Source: a bacterium
Lineage (GTDB): Bacteria; Zhuqueibacterota; Zhuqueibacteria; Residuimicrobiales; Krinioviventaceae
Assembly (NCBI GenBank): GCA_963674595.2
Contig: CAXXFV010000016.1
Coordinates: forward strand, 192,001 to 256,000
DNA: 64,000 nucleotides
Reading direction: 5' to 3'
The notes beneath the pieces were generated by a model. The model worked only from the letters and a program-made list of their open reading frames with translations, was not told the origin of the DNA and ran no database searches. The translations under genes and the position numbers were made by a program. Every line of letters begins with the position of its first letter. Positions within the stretch are counted from its first letter, which is position 1. Of this stretch, positions 50,501 to 58,847 are shown piece by piece.

Positions 50501-50638
50501 CCAGTAAGTTCCGGTATGCACCGGGTTACCTGGGACGGCAGAAACAGTGCCGGGCAACCGGTTACCAGCGGACTTTATTTTTATCGATTATCAAGTCCAA
50601 AGGGTGTTTTTGTCGGAAAAATGGTGCTTGTGCATTGA
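47573..50638 (+). CDS. Secreted protein with eight carboxypeptidase-regulatory-like/Cna-B-like beta-sandwich repeats and a C-terminal sorting domain
   Basis: Eight approx. 105-115-aa units starting G-ISG-V with G-Y-I-GL-G-Y-V-A, YYD and IDF motifs; LLGNYPNPFNP...WDG-N-G-V-SG-YFY. Confidence 0.85.
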   Translation: MKRFLNFVFIFMLLFVVSNVMAASEITQSQKQIAKFIKAKLTLQSGGMLKSVYSTTLQEKTEQTGSISGTISGVSSDMPYGNVFVEAICADSLQNLDDPANPKGLAVVNEDGTFLIEGLAEGHYIVVAWADGYELLYYNNTTNRGDAELVFVREGVETSGIDFDMTPVVPGSGIISGRVVNNADLHPIGHAFVQVSSPTLLDRYGWAQVDQDGYYEITGLKSGDYLAVARADGFLEQYYDNAASRSDALLISVTDSQQVENIDFSLKMGGSISGTVIDSEGNPVFESAVYVMMAFQDSIFNENGDLKPGGYYDYAKAVTDENGYYIISGLVPGEYIVRAAIWDRYGYEEKWYDDVLTWEEATPVSVQEEQNVTGIDFTMSLKISNGLISGRVINAYSNPVENANIQVRSVYTGDNSQRVWSYAKTDSQGFYAVRELPDDEYYVSVYAQNGWQSVQQWWPGVDDMASATPVSIVNGRTEQPIDFQLPIVPGTAILSGTVRKMDGTPISSANIQVSPAEEKQTPGLNVWAWASTDSNGFYQVSKLPAGDYVVAASKWESENFGQQWYDHADSLSLATVVTLGAREHEPNINFDFDPRPMYGSIAGMVSDSLTGTAIDRAFIEVKPVYASRWYMYPGFAAWSFYDITDENGLFSIDYLWEGEYYITVHANGSFEYYNDAVVESMAQPVKVTGGEKSEIDFSLVKRNDGTGAISGNVLSEWDDTPFEIAIVTAKPAVTIAQWPYSELYYTAVTAVDGSYKLEGLPPGEYLVKGSSYFAISEYYDNVFDPAEAELVQVAENITTENINFMISPAYWLFLDYGYPEKSETMISGNISDSDGNPLPQANVYVFDQAGQAIFSCQANAQGNYQVNGLPPGNYVLQVTKEGFSSLFNGNVSVLEQAVPIELNGMVNINFTLPEIGSTHVSDEDKSLLPKSVTLLGNYPNPFNPETMITFSIPEMMDVTLKVYNISGELVKVLADGPVSSGMHRVTWDGRNSAGQPVTSGLYFYRLSSPKGVFVGKMVLVH

Positions 50639-50690
50639 TCCACATGATGTGTTAAATGAAATATTAAATTGAATCGTTAAAAAAAAGAGT

Positions 50691-52889
50691 ATGATCATGG
50701 AATTAAAAAATATTGCAGTTCTGGATTTTGATTTGGCCTACCTGGCGTTATTGTCACGAGAAGGATTAAAACCTCTCTGCCGATGGGAAAAATCCATCAA
50801 AAAGTCCCATCTGGATGTTTTGAATTCCATGGGATTAAAGACCCGTTGTATAAAACGAAAATTAAAAAACGGTGATTCTTCGGAAGAGGTTGTGTTTAGC
50901 GCTTCCGGCGCCTGGGTTGATTTTTATCAGGCTCAATTTCAAAATACACCATTGATCAAGTCAGACAAAAATATCAGACTAGAAGGTTATTTGTTTGGAT
51001 TTCCGTCCTGCTGTATTGAAAATTTTATACAACACGGCTATTCGTCAAACTTTTTGGCCCGGGAAGATCAACATATTCTTTTTCATTGGTGCTGTCCGGA
51101 TTGCAATATAACCCCGCTTTTGGTGCCTGAATATCGTAAAATATATAATATATGCCGGCACCTTTTCGGTGAAAAAGGTACGATTAAAAATAACTTTTTC
51201 GCCGGTGAAAATGTAAAAAGCCGTTTAAAAACGGCTGCGACATTGTCGCTGATTGTCGGCACATCGTGTCTTGTACCGATTTCAGGCCTTGCGGCGCCTC
51301 ATAATGATGATCCACATTTAACACCTTTTTATGAATACGATGATCATGATCAGGATTATATTAAAGACTTTTTTGAAACAATATTGGGCCTTAATCCTGA
51401 ATTGTTCGATTCGGATGGAGATGGTGTCGCTGACGGCGTTCAGGCGGCAAAAAGTCTTTATAAACAGCTTGCACAATTACCACATGAGCCCCGTACTGAC
51501 GGCCCCTATATAACAGATTATATGATGTATGGGCTTGAAACCTGTTCGAAATGTGATTCGGTTGTAAATATGGGATACGCCGTTATTGTCAATCCGATGG
51601 AAAACCTGTCGATGGATATACCCTATATTGCTTTTCACCATTATCTTTTGCACGGAAGTCTGTCTTATGAAGGTGATGTTCACAGCAAGGATGATATTAA
51701 TCCGGCACTGCTGGATGTCATTCTCAATGGTAAAGGTTCCTCTCACATTTATTCAGTAAATGGTGATACGGATGAGGATGGATTGACTGATTTGGAAGAA
51801 CCTTTTTGCGGAACAGACCCGACTCAAGCAGACAGTGATCAGGACGGTGTTTTGGACGGCCGGCAGACTGCCATCAAAATAGCAGAGCTTGTGGAAAGTT
51901 TGCCTCTTGTGCAAAAGCAAGATTCTCTTTATGCTCAAGATTATTCGTATGATGGTGTAGAACGCTGTTATATTTGCGGACAAACTTTTAATATGGGATA
52001 CCGAAAAATTATCAATCCTGTTAAAAATCTGACCTATGACCTTTCATATATTACCATTCATTATTTAAAATGTGGTGGTTTTACCTATAATGGAGAAGTC
52101 CATTCTGATCGTATTGATATCAAAGCTTTATTAAATGTCATTAGCTTGAATAGTGATGACCACGAATTATTTGTATTGACAGACAATGACCAGGATGGCT
52201 TGAATAATCAGGAAGAAAGTGAGCTGACGCTTGATCCGCAATGCTGGGACTCTGATATGGATGGAATCGGAGACGGCGCGGAACTGGCTCACCTTTTATA
52301 CGATAGAATTCAGCAGTTACCGATTGTGAACCCGGCTGATCAAATTTACAAAATTGATTATGCGCAGCGAGGCATAGAAGCCTGTGGTGTTTGTGCCCAA
52401 GATGTTAACATGGGGTATATTGAGCTCGTAAATCCGGTGACTGCTGAATCTCTCAAAATCGATTATATTGCACTGCATTATTTGCAGCATGGTTCTTTTT
52501 CCTATTTCGGAGCCATTCATCAGGGGAGGGTTGATCCTGTGCAGTTGGCAACGTTTTTTAACGAGCTTGTAACAAATGTGGACGATGAAAATGATCCAAC
52601 GCCGGTACAATTGCTGCTGGGTCAAAACTATCCCAATCCCTTTAATCCTGAAACGGTTATTCCGTTTCAGGTTCATGGTGATCAGGTATTATCTCTTTCT
52701 GTGAAAATTTTTAATGTTTTAGGGAAGGAAATTTGTACCCTCTTTGAAGGGCAAAAGGAAAAAGGGCAATATTCACTTTTGTGGAACGGTCAGGATGATC
52801 AGGGTGAGATAATGCCGTCCGGCGTTTATGTTGTGCAAATAAAATCAGGACACTTTAAACAGTCGCGTTTTATATCTCTTTTAAAATAA
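50691..52889 (+). CDS. Multidomain protein: Cys-rich DUF483-like N-domain, internal signal/TM segment, three DxDxDG + CxxC/HxxxH repeats, C-terminal sorting domain
   Basis: EGYLFGFPSCCIENF and HWCCPDC; RLKTAATLSLIVGTSCLVPISGLAA; three G-E-CxxC-NMGY-NP-HYL-(H/C)G units; LGQNYPNPFNP. Confidence 0.75.
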   Translation: MIMELKNIAVLDFDLAYLALLSREGLKPLCRWEKSIKKSHLDVLNSMGLKTRCIKRKLKNGDSSEEVVFSASGAWVDFYQAQFQNTPLIKSDKNIRLEGYLFGFPSCCIENFIQHGYSSNFLAREDQHILFHWCCPDCNITPLLVPEYRKIYNICRHLFGEKGTIKNNFFAGENVKSRLKTAATLSLIVGTSCLVPISGLAAPHNDDPHLTPFYEYDDHDQDYIKDFFETILGLNPELFDSDGDGVADGVQAAKSLYKQLAQLPHEPRTDGPYITDYMMYGLETCSKCDSVVNMGYAVIVNPMENLSMDIPYIAFHHYLLHGSLSYEGDVHSKDDINPALLDVILNGKGSSHIYSVNGDTDEDGLTDLEEPFCGTDPTQADSDQDGVLDGRQTAIKIAELVESLPLVQKQDSLYAQDYSYDGVERCYICGQTFNMGYRKIINPVKNLTYDLSYITIHYLKCGGFTYNGEVHSDRIDIKALLNVISLNSDDHELFVLTDNDQDGLNNQEESELTLDPQCWDSDMDGIGDGAELAHLLYDRIQQLPIVNPADQIYKIDYAQRGIEACGVCAQDVNMGYIELVNPVTAESLKIDYIALHYLQHGSFSYFGAIHQGRVDPVQLATFFNELVTNVDDENDPTPVQLLLGQNYPNPFNPETVIPFQVHGDQVLSLSVKIFNVLGKEICTLFEGQKEKGQYSLLWNGQDDQGEIMPSGVYVVQIKSGHFKQSRFISLLK

Positions 52890-52940
52890 CAGCCTGTTAA
52901 AAAGATATTTGCCGGGAAAATATTCTGTGGGAGGATTTAG

Positions 52941-53936
52941 TTGAAAAAAATTGTCGGGTATTTGTTGATTGCGATTGTAATGACACTAAGCGCCTGTCAT
53001 GACAATTCCGTGACGTCCTCATTTCAATTCGGGGAGCCGGAGCATATTCTGACCGGTTATTTTGTTCAATCCATAACATTTGACCATGAAGGAACGGCCT
53101 GGATTGGGACGCTGAAGCAGGGCCTGTTAAAATATGATACTAAACCCTTTCATTTTGACTCGTCAAACTCTATTTTACCGGATTCATTTTCTGTCGGAGC
53201 AATGGATATCGACAATTTGGGTCGTGTATGGATAGGATCGAATATTGGTCTGATGAAGTATGATAATAACAAATTCACAAAATTTGACAAATCCAATTCT
53301 CCTATCAAATATTATATATACGCATTATCCGTTGACCATAATAATTCTGTGTGGTTTACCAATGGTAATATTTACAATGGCGGCCTTGTACAATATGACA
53401 ATGAAAAATGGAACGTTTATACACCTGAAAATTCGCAACTCACAACTACAGTTATTTATGATATTGAAGTTGATAACGAAAATAATAAATGGTTTGTTTG
53501 CTTTGGCGCTGTCATAAAATATAAGGATAATCAATGGACATATTACAGGACTGAAAATGCCGGTATCAAATTGGATTATTCGTATCAACTGGCATTTTCA
53601 AATTTTAATGAATTGTGGGTGTTGTGCGATTATTCCTATTCTTCCCTTGCATATTCTGCTAAAGATCCAACTGTTTTAAAATTCGACAAGAGCAAATGGA
53701 GCATACAGAACCCGCCTGATTTTGATGGTGAAAGAACTATGGCAACGGAAATATACAGCGATAGTAAAGGATGGGTGTGGCTGGCACGGGGAAACGAGTT
53801 GATTTATTATTATCTCGGAAAGTGGAATTATTGCTGCAAGGTGCCGTCTACTATTTTTGACATTAAAGAACGTAACAATAATCAGATATGGCTGGGCACT
53901 GGTAATGGTATTTATATTATAAATGAATTTTTATAA
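52941..53936 (+). CDS. Lipoprotein with two-component-regulator-type beta-propeller repeats
   Basis: GGAGG RBS and TTG start; lipobox LSA-C; repeated D-x-G-x-W-(I/F)-G-T blades. Confidence 0.8.
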   Translation: MKKIVGYLLIAIVMTLSACHDNSVTSSFQFGEPEHILTGYFVQSITFDHEGTAWIGTLKQGLLKYDTKPFHFDSSNSILPDSFSVGAMDIDNLGRVWIGSNIGLMKYDNNKFTKFDKSNSPIKYYIYALSVDHNNSVWFTNGNIYNGGLVQYDNEKWNVYTPENSQLTTTVIYDIEVDNENNKWFVCFGAVIKYKDNQWTYYRTENAGIKLDYSYQLAFSNFNELWVLCDYSYSSLAYSAKDPTVLKFDKSKWSIQNPPDFDGERTMATEIYSDSKGWVWLARGNELIYYYLGKWNYCCKVPSTIFDIKERNNNQIWLGTGNGIYIINEFL

Positions 53937-53948
53937 AGTTATTTCTGG

Positions 53949-54566
53949 TTATTTATTTTTTATTACAAAAATCGCCAGATCGGAAAACAGGTTTGTGTTC
54001 AGGCAGCATAAAGCTCCGGCTTGTTTTTCTTTCAACATATTTATCTGCTTTACGATGGAAATATTTTCTTCTCTACAAAAATTTACAAAGTCCTTCAATG
54101 TCGATAGGTGGATGTTGGGTGTGTCATACCATTCATAGGGTAAAAGTTTGGACCCCGGCATAACGCCTTTAAAAAACAACTGTGAGCGCAGACGCCAGTA
54201 ACCGAAATTCGGCAAACTGATGATACAGGTTTTACCGACGCGCAGCATTTCTTTTATAACAAGGTGGGGGTGATAGACCACTTGTAACGTCCGGCTGAGG
54301 ATAACATAATCAAAGGATTTGTCCGGATAATCGCTCAGGCCTTCATTCAGGTCGGCATGCACCACCGGGACGCCGTTGTTGATACATTCATAAATATATT
54401 CATGATAAAGCTCTACACCATGTCCCTGGACTTTTTTTTCTGTAATAAGCTGTTTTAATAATTCTCCGGTCCCGCACCCCAAATCCAAAACAGAACTGTT
54501 TTCCGGAATCAAATCGGCGATAAGCTTGAGGTCTATACGTATGTGTTGAATTTTATCTTGTGTCAT
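53949..54566 (-). CDS. metW: Methionine biosynthesis protein MetW
   Basis: VLDLGCGTG, FDYVILSRTLQ, SLPNFGYW, LPYEWYDTPNIH; directly after metX. Confidence 0.95.
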   Translation of the reverse strand: MTQDKIQHIRIDLKLIADLIPENSSVLDLGCGTGELLKQLITEKKVQGHGVELYHEYIYECINNGVPVVHADLNEGLSDYPDKSFDYVILSRTLQVVYHPHLVIKEMLRVGKTCIISLPNFGYWRLRSQLFFKGVMPGSKLLPYEWYDTPNIHLSTLKDFVNFCREENISIVKQINMLKEKQAGALCCLNTNLFSDLAIFVIKNK

Positions 54567-55712
54567 TTAACGTCCTTCATAAACGTGTGTCAAAAAGCCG
54601 GAGATCATACGTTCCATTCCCTCATTGGGTAATAAAAATGCATCATGACCATAGGGGGATGGAATTTCGCAAAAGGAAACATCTTTTCTGTTTATTTTAA
54701 GCGCTTTGACCATTTTTTTTGAATCTGATGTGCGGAACAGCCAGTCTGAAGAAAAAGAAAGTATTAAAAATTTTGCTGTTACATTTTTAAAGGCTTCTTC
54801 CAAAGAACCGTGCTCCCGCTTCAAATCAAAATAGTCAATGGCTTTGGTAATATAAAGATATGTGTTGGCATCGAAGCGGCGAATAAAAGTTTCTCCCTGA
54901 TGTCGCAAATAACTTTCCACCTGAAAGTCGGTTTCAAAATCAAATCCATAGCGTTCTTTTTCCTGGAGACGTCTGCCGAATTTTTTATGCATGGATTCTT
55001 CGCTGAGATAGGTAATATGGGCCAGCATTCTGGCAACGGACAGGCCCTGAGATGGTATCGTGTTTTTTTGCGGATAATCTCCATTGTGCCAGTTTGCGTC
55101 CGCATATATTGCCTGACGACCGACTTCGTCAAAGGCAATTCCCTGGGCACTGAGACGACTTGTCGTTGCAATGGGGATGGCCGATAACGTCCTTTCGGGA
55201 TATTCAATGGCCCATTCGAGCACCTGCATGCCGCCCATGGACCCGCCGATGACGGATAACAGTTTTTCAATACCCAGTGAATCGATCAGTTTGACCTGCG
55301 CTTTGACCATGTCACCGATGGTAATGACCGGAAAATGAAGATTGTATGGTTCGCCGGTTTGCGGATTGATCGAAGAAGGACCGGTCGATCCTTTGCAGCC
55401 GCCGAGAACATTTGAACAGATTATAAAATATTTGTCCGTATCAAAAGGTCTGCCGGACCCGATCATAAAGTCCCACCAACCCGGCTTGGCGTCCTGTTCG
55501 CTGTGATAACCGGCGACATGGGCGTCTCCGGAAAGGGCATGGGTGATTAAAATGGCATTGTCCCGCTTGTCGTTTAATGTGCCGTATGTTTCATAGGCAA
55601 GCGTAATCGGGCCGAGCATTTCTCCGCTTTCAAGCTGCATTTTATCCGGTGGTTCGGCAAACGTTATAGATTGAGGTTCGACAATGCCTACGGACCCTGT
55701 TTTGTCTGTCAT
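54567..55712 (-). CDS. metX: Homoserine O-acetyltransferase
   Basis: [49 protein letters not shown]. Confidence 0.95.
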   Translation of the reverse strand: MTDKTGSVGIVEPQSITFAEPPDKMQLESGEMLGPITLAYETYGTLNDKRDNAILITHALSGDAHVAGYHSEQDAKPGWWDFMIGSGRPFDTDKYFIICSNVLGGCKGSTGPSSINPQTGEPYNLHFPVITIGDMVKAQVKLIDSLGIEKLLSVIGGSMGGMQVLEWAIEYPERTLSAIPIATTSRLSAQGIAFDEVGRQAIYADANWHNGDYPQKNTIPSQGLSVARMLAHITYLSEESMHKKFGRRLQEKERYGFDFETDFQVESYLRHQGETFIRRFDANTYLYITKAIDYFDLKREHGSLEEAFKNVTAKFLILSFSSDWLFRTSDSKKMVKALKINRKDVSFCEIPSPYGHDAFLLPNEGMERMISGFLTHVYEGR

Positions 55713-55747
55713 CCGTTTACTCCTGAATTGGAATGTTATGGTTATCT

Positions 55748-56722
55748 CTATAATCCGGTTTTTTCATCATAAATTCCTTCATAAAGTGTACTGGAAAGAT
55801 AGCGTTCGCCGGAATCCGGTAAAATGACGACAATGGTTTTTCCGGCAAATTCGTCCAGGTTTCCCAAACGTATGGCGGCTGCTGTCGCCGCTCCGCTGGA
55901 AATACCAGCCAGGATACCTTCTTCACAGGCCAGTCGTCTGGCAATATCAAAAGCCTCTTCGTTTGATACCTGTTCAACCCTGTCAATAACTGACAGGTCA
56001 AGATTTTTCGGGACAAATCCGGCCCCGATGCCCTGAATTTTATGAGGACCCGGTTGAATGGATTCATTATTTAATGTTTGTGAGATGACCGGACTTGCTG
56101 CCGGTTCTACAGCTACTGAAAGTATATTTTTCTTTTTTGTGTTTTTTAAAAACCGGCTGATGCCTGAGATGGTCCCGCCGGTACCCACGCCTGCGACCAA
56201 CACGTCAACAGCGCCGTTTGTGTCATCCCAAATTTCAGGACCTGTTGTGGTTTCATGGATTTGTGGATTTGCCGGATTTTCAAACTGCTGCAAAAGCACA
56301 TATTTTTTCGTGTCGCCCTCATAAATTTGTTTGGCTTTTTCAACCGCTCCATTCATGCCTTTTGAGCCTTCTGTTAAAATAAGGTTCGCTCCAAGGGCCT
56401 TGAGGATTTTTCTGCGTTCAATGCTCATACTATCCGGCATGACCAATGTACATCCATAACCCCTGGCGGCAGAAACAAAAGCCAGGGCAATACCTGTGTT
56501 GCCGCTTGTCGGTTCAATGATTTCTTTTCCCGGTTTTAGAAGACCCTTTTTCTCCGCATCCCAGATCATGGAAGCCCCGATACGGCACTTTATGGAATAG
56601 GCCGGGTTTCTTCCTTCCGTTTTTGCCAGAATCAGCGCTTTGCTGTCTCCGGTAATTCGGTTGAGCTTGACAAGGGGGGTACGCCCGATTGACAAGCTGT
56701 TATCTAAATAATAAGAATTCAT
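55748..56722 (-). CDS. cysK: Cysteine synthase A (O-acetylserine sulfhydrylase)
   Basis: [56 protein letters not shown]. Confidence 0.95.
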   Translation of the reverse strand: MNSYYLDNSLSIGRTPLVKLNRITGDSKALILAKTEGRNPAYSIKCRIGASMIWDAEKKGLLKPGKEIIEPTSGNTGIALAFVSAARGYGCTLVMPDSMSIERRKILKALGANLILTEGSKGMNGAVEKAKQIYEGDTKKYVLLQQFENPANPQIHETTTGPEIWDDTNGAVDVLVAGVGTGGTISGISRFLKNTKKKNILSVAVEPAASPVISQTLNNESIQPGPHKIQGIGAGFVPKNLDLSVIDRVEQVSNEEAFDIARRLACEEGILAGISSGAATAAAIRLGNLDEFAGKTIVVILPDSGERYLSSTLYEGIYDEKTGL

Positions 56723-56735
56723 AATAACTCCAAAT

Positions 56736-58025
56736 TTATAATTTATTCAGGGCCTGATCAATATCAGCAATAATATCGTTGATATTTTCAATGCCGATGG
56801 ATAAGCGGACAAGCTCCGGTGACAGGCCGGCTTCTTTTTGCTGTTCTTCAGAAAGCTGAGAATGGGAAGTGCTGGCCGGGTGCAGGGCCAGGCTTTTAGC
56901 GTCGCCAACGTTTGCCAGATGGGAAATTAATTCCACATTGTTAATAAATTTTTCACCGGCCGCGCTGCCGCCTTTTGGGCCGAAAACGACCATGCCGCCG
57001 TTTCCCTTTTTCAGATATTTTTGTGCCAGGGTATAGGAAGGGTCCTTTTTCAAACCCGGATACCGGACCCATGCAACTTTGGGGTGGTTTTCCAGATATT
57101 CGGCAACTGCCTGCGCATTTTGGCAATGCCGCTCCATACGCAACGGCAGCGTTTCAATGCCCTGCAGGAAAAGCCAGGCATTGTCCGGCGAAATACAGGC
57201 ACCAAGATTTCGCAGGGGAACGAGCCGTAACCTCATAATGAATGCCAGCGGATTCAAATCTCCCAAATCGTGTGCGTAACGAACACCATGATAACTGTCA
57301 TCCGGTTCGTTAAATAATTTAAATTTTTTATCGGTCCAGTCAAATTTGCCGGAATCGACCACAATACCGCCGATACCTGTTCCGTGTCCGCCAATCCATT
57401 TGGTCAAAGAATGGCAAACAATGTCGGCCCCGAATTCTATGGGGCGCAGCAGGTAGGGTGTCGTAAATGTGGAATCGACAACAAGCGGCAAGTTGTGTTT
57501 TTGGGCGATTTTTGCAACTGCCTCGATATCTACGACCTGCAAAACAGGATTACCGATCGTCTCCAAATAAATGACTCTGGTTTTTTCAGTAATAGCCTTT
57601 TCAAAAGAGTCGATGGAACCCGGGTCCACAAATTTTGTCGTAATACCAAATTGCGGTAAAATGGAATCAAACATGGTATAGGTGCCGCCGTATAAATTGT
57701 TTGCCGAAACTATTTCGTCGCCTTGGGAACAAATATTAATAATCGTATAAAATATGGCCGAAGTTCCGGAAGAGAGGGCCAGGGCGGCTGCTCCGCCTTC
57801 CAGGGCGGCAACCCGTTGTTCAAGCACATCCTGTGTCGGATTCATAATTCTTGTGTAAATATTTCCCGGTTCTTTAAGAGCAAAAAGATTTGCCGCATGC
57901 TCTGTGTTTTTAAAGTTATAGGAACTTGTTCTGTAAACCGGGACGGCCCGTGAAAGCGAATCGGTGTCCGGTTTTTGTCCGGCATGTAATGCCAGCGTTT
58001 CAAAAGAATATGTGTTTTGGCTCAT
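56736..58025 (-). CDS. metY: O-acetylhomoserine (thiol)-lyase
   Basis: [52 protein letters not shown]. Confidence 0.93.
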   Translation of the reverse strand: MSQNTYSFETLALHAGQKPDTDSLSRAVPVYRTSSYNFKNTEHAANLFALKEPGNIYTRIMNPTQDVLEQRVAALEGGAAALALSSGTSAIFYTIINICSQGDEIVSANNLYGGTYTMFDSILPQFGITTKFVDPGSIDSFEKAITEKTRVIYLETIGNPVLQVVDIEAVAKIAQKHNLPLVVDSTFTTPYLLRPIEFGADIVCHSLTKWIGGHGTGIGGIVVDSGKFDWTDKKFKLFNEPDDSYHGVRYAHDLGDLNPLAFIMRLRLVPLRNLGACISPDNAWLFLQGIETLPLRMERHCQNAQAVAEYLENHPKVAWVRYPGLKKDPSYTLAQKYLKKGNGGMVVFGPKGGSAAGEKFINNVELISHLANVGDAKSLALHPASTSHSQLSEEQQKEAGLSPELVRLSIGIENINDIIADIDQALNKL

Positions 58026-58037
58026 TTTATCTCCTGA

Positions 58038-58493
58038 TTAGATATAATAAATATAATTACTCTCTTTTTCTTTTAATGCAATTGTCCTTTTCATTATTTC
58101 AGCAAATGTAACGGAATCGACGATTTGTGAAATGGCATTATTAACATCAAGCCATATTTCACGAAAGGCACATGTGTTTTCTTCGCCGCAAGTCGAGTCG
58201 TGTATTTTTTTACCACAGGCAATGGGCTCTATCGGACCTTCAATCAGACGAACAATTTCACCGATTGTAATATTTTCCGGAGATTTGAGCAAAAAGAAAC
58301 CTCCGCCGATACCCCGTTTGCTGTCAACAAATCCCGCGCCTTTTAATATCAGCATAATTTGTTCGAGATATTTAACGGGTATGTTTTGTCTTTCAGAAAT
58401 TGCTGATAAAGGGATGACCTGATTATCGCCGTAATAGAATGAAAGGTCCAGAATTGCTTTAAGTGCATAATCGCCTTTGTATGTAATTTTCAC
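58038..58493 (-). CDS. cymR: Rrf2-family transcription regulator, CymR-like
   Basis: KGDYALKAILDL, YLEQI, SKRG-GGG, three Cys, C-terminus NYIYYI; first gene of the cys/met operon; GTG start. Confidence 0.75.
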   Translation of the reverse strand: MKITYKGDYALKAILDLSFYYGDNQVIPLSAISERQNIPVKYLEQIMLILKGAGFVDSKRGIGGGFFLLKSPENITIGEIVRLIEGPIEPIACGKKIHDSTCGEENTCAFREIWLDVNNAISQIVDSVTFAEIMKRTIALKEKESNYIYYI

Positions 58494-58511
58494 AAAAACC
58501 TCAAATGTTAT

Positions 58512-58536
58512 AAATATGACTATATTACTGGTATTT
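58512..58536. promoter_or_regulatory. Imperfect palindrome, candidate Rrf2/CymR operator
   Basis: AAATATGACTATATTACTGGTATTT: 16 of 24 positions self-complementary, 18 bp upstream of the regulator start. Confidence 0.45.
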
Positions 58537-58675
58537 TAATGTTTTCATTTTTTAAATGCAATAAAAAAATTCAATTTTTTAAAATTGTTTTTAAATTTGC
58601 CGGGAATAAAAATAATTGTTTTTTGTTTTCTTATTACTAAATTATAGTATATAAAGCCAAATTAATCGTTTTTTT

Positions 58676-58751
58676 AGTGTATTCCCCCTTTTTCCGTGTC
58701 ATTCTCTCGATTTTTTAGAGCCGTCGAGATGACATTTCCCCCGAATACACT
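58676..58751. other. Long interrupted inverted repeat (candidate structured RNA)
   Basis: AGTGTATTC/GAATACACT, TGTCAT/ATGACA and CTCGA/TCGAG nested stems. Confidence 0.5.
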
Positions 58752-58847
58752 TTTCCTCGTCCAGAGTTTCCATTTTTTAATTACTTGTTTTCTGTTCGTC
58801 ATAAATCGATTAAAATATATACTATAATAATTAAAAAGGTGTTTAAA

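Noticed and set aside
51330-52560. CxxC motifs of the 732-aa protein as heme c attachment sites
   Set aside because: They are CSKCD, CYICG and CGVCA, not CxxCH
54567-55712. MetX as a serine acyltransferase replacing the absent cysE
   Set aside because: HALSG and GGCKGS motifs plus the metW and metY neighbours indicate the homoserine-specific type
58494-58847. SAM riboswitch, T-box or Ile/Leu/Val leader peptide
   Set aside because: No SAM-I core, no GGTGGTACCGCG T-box and no BCAA-rich leader ORF with an RBS
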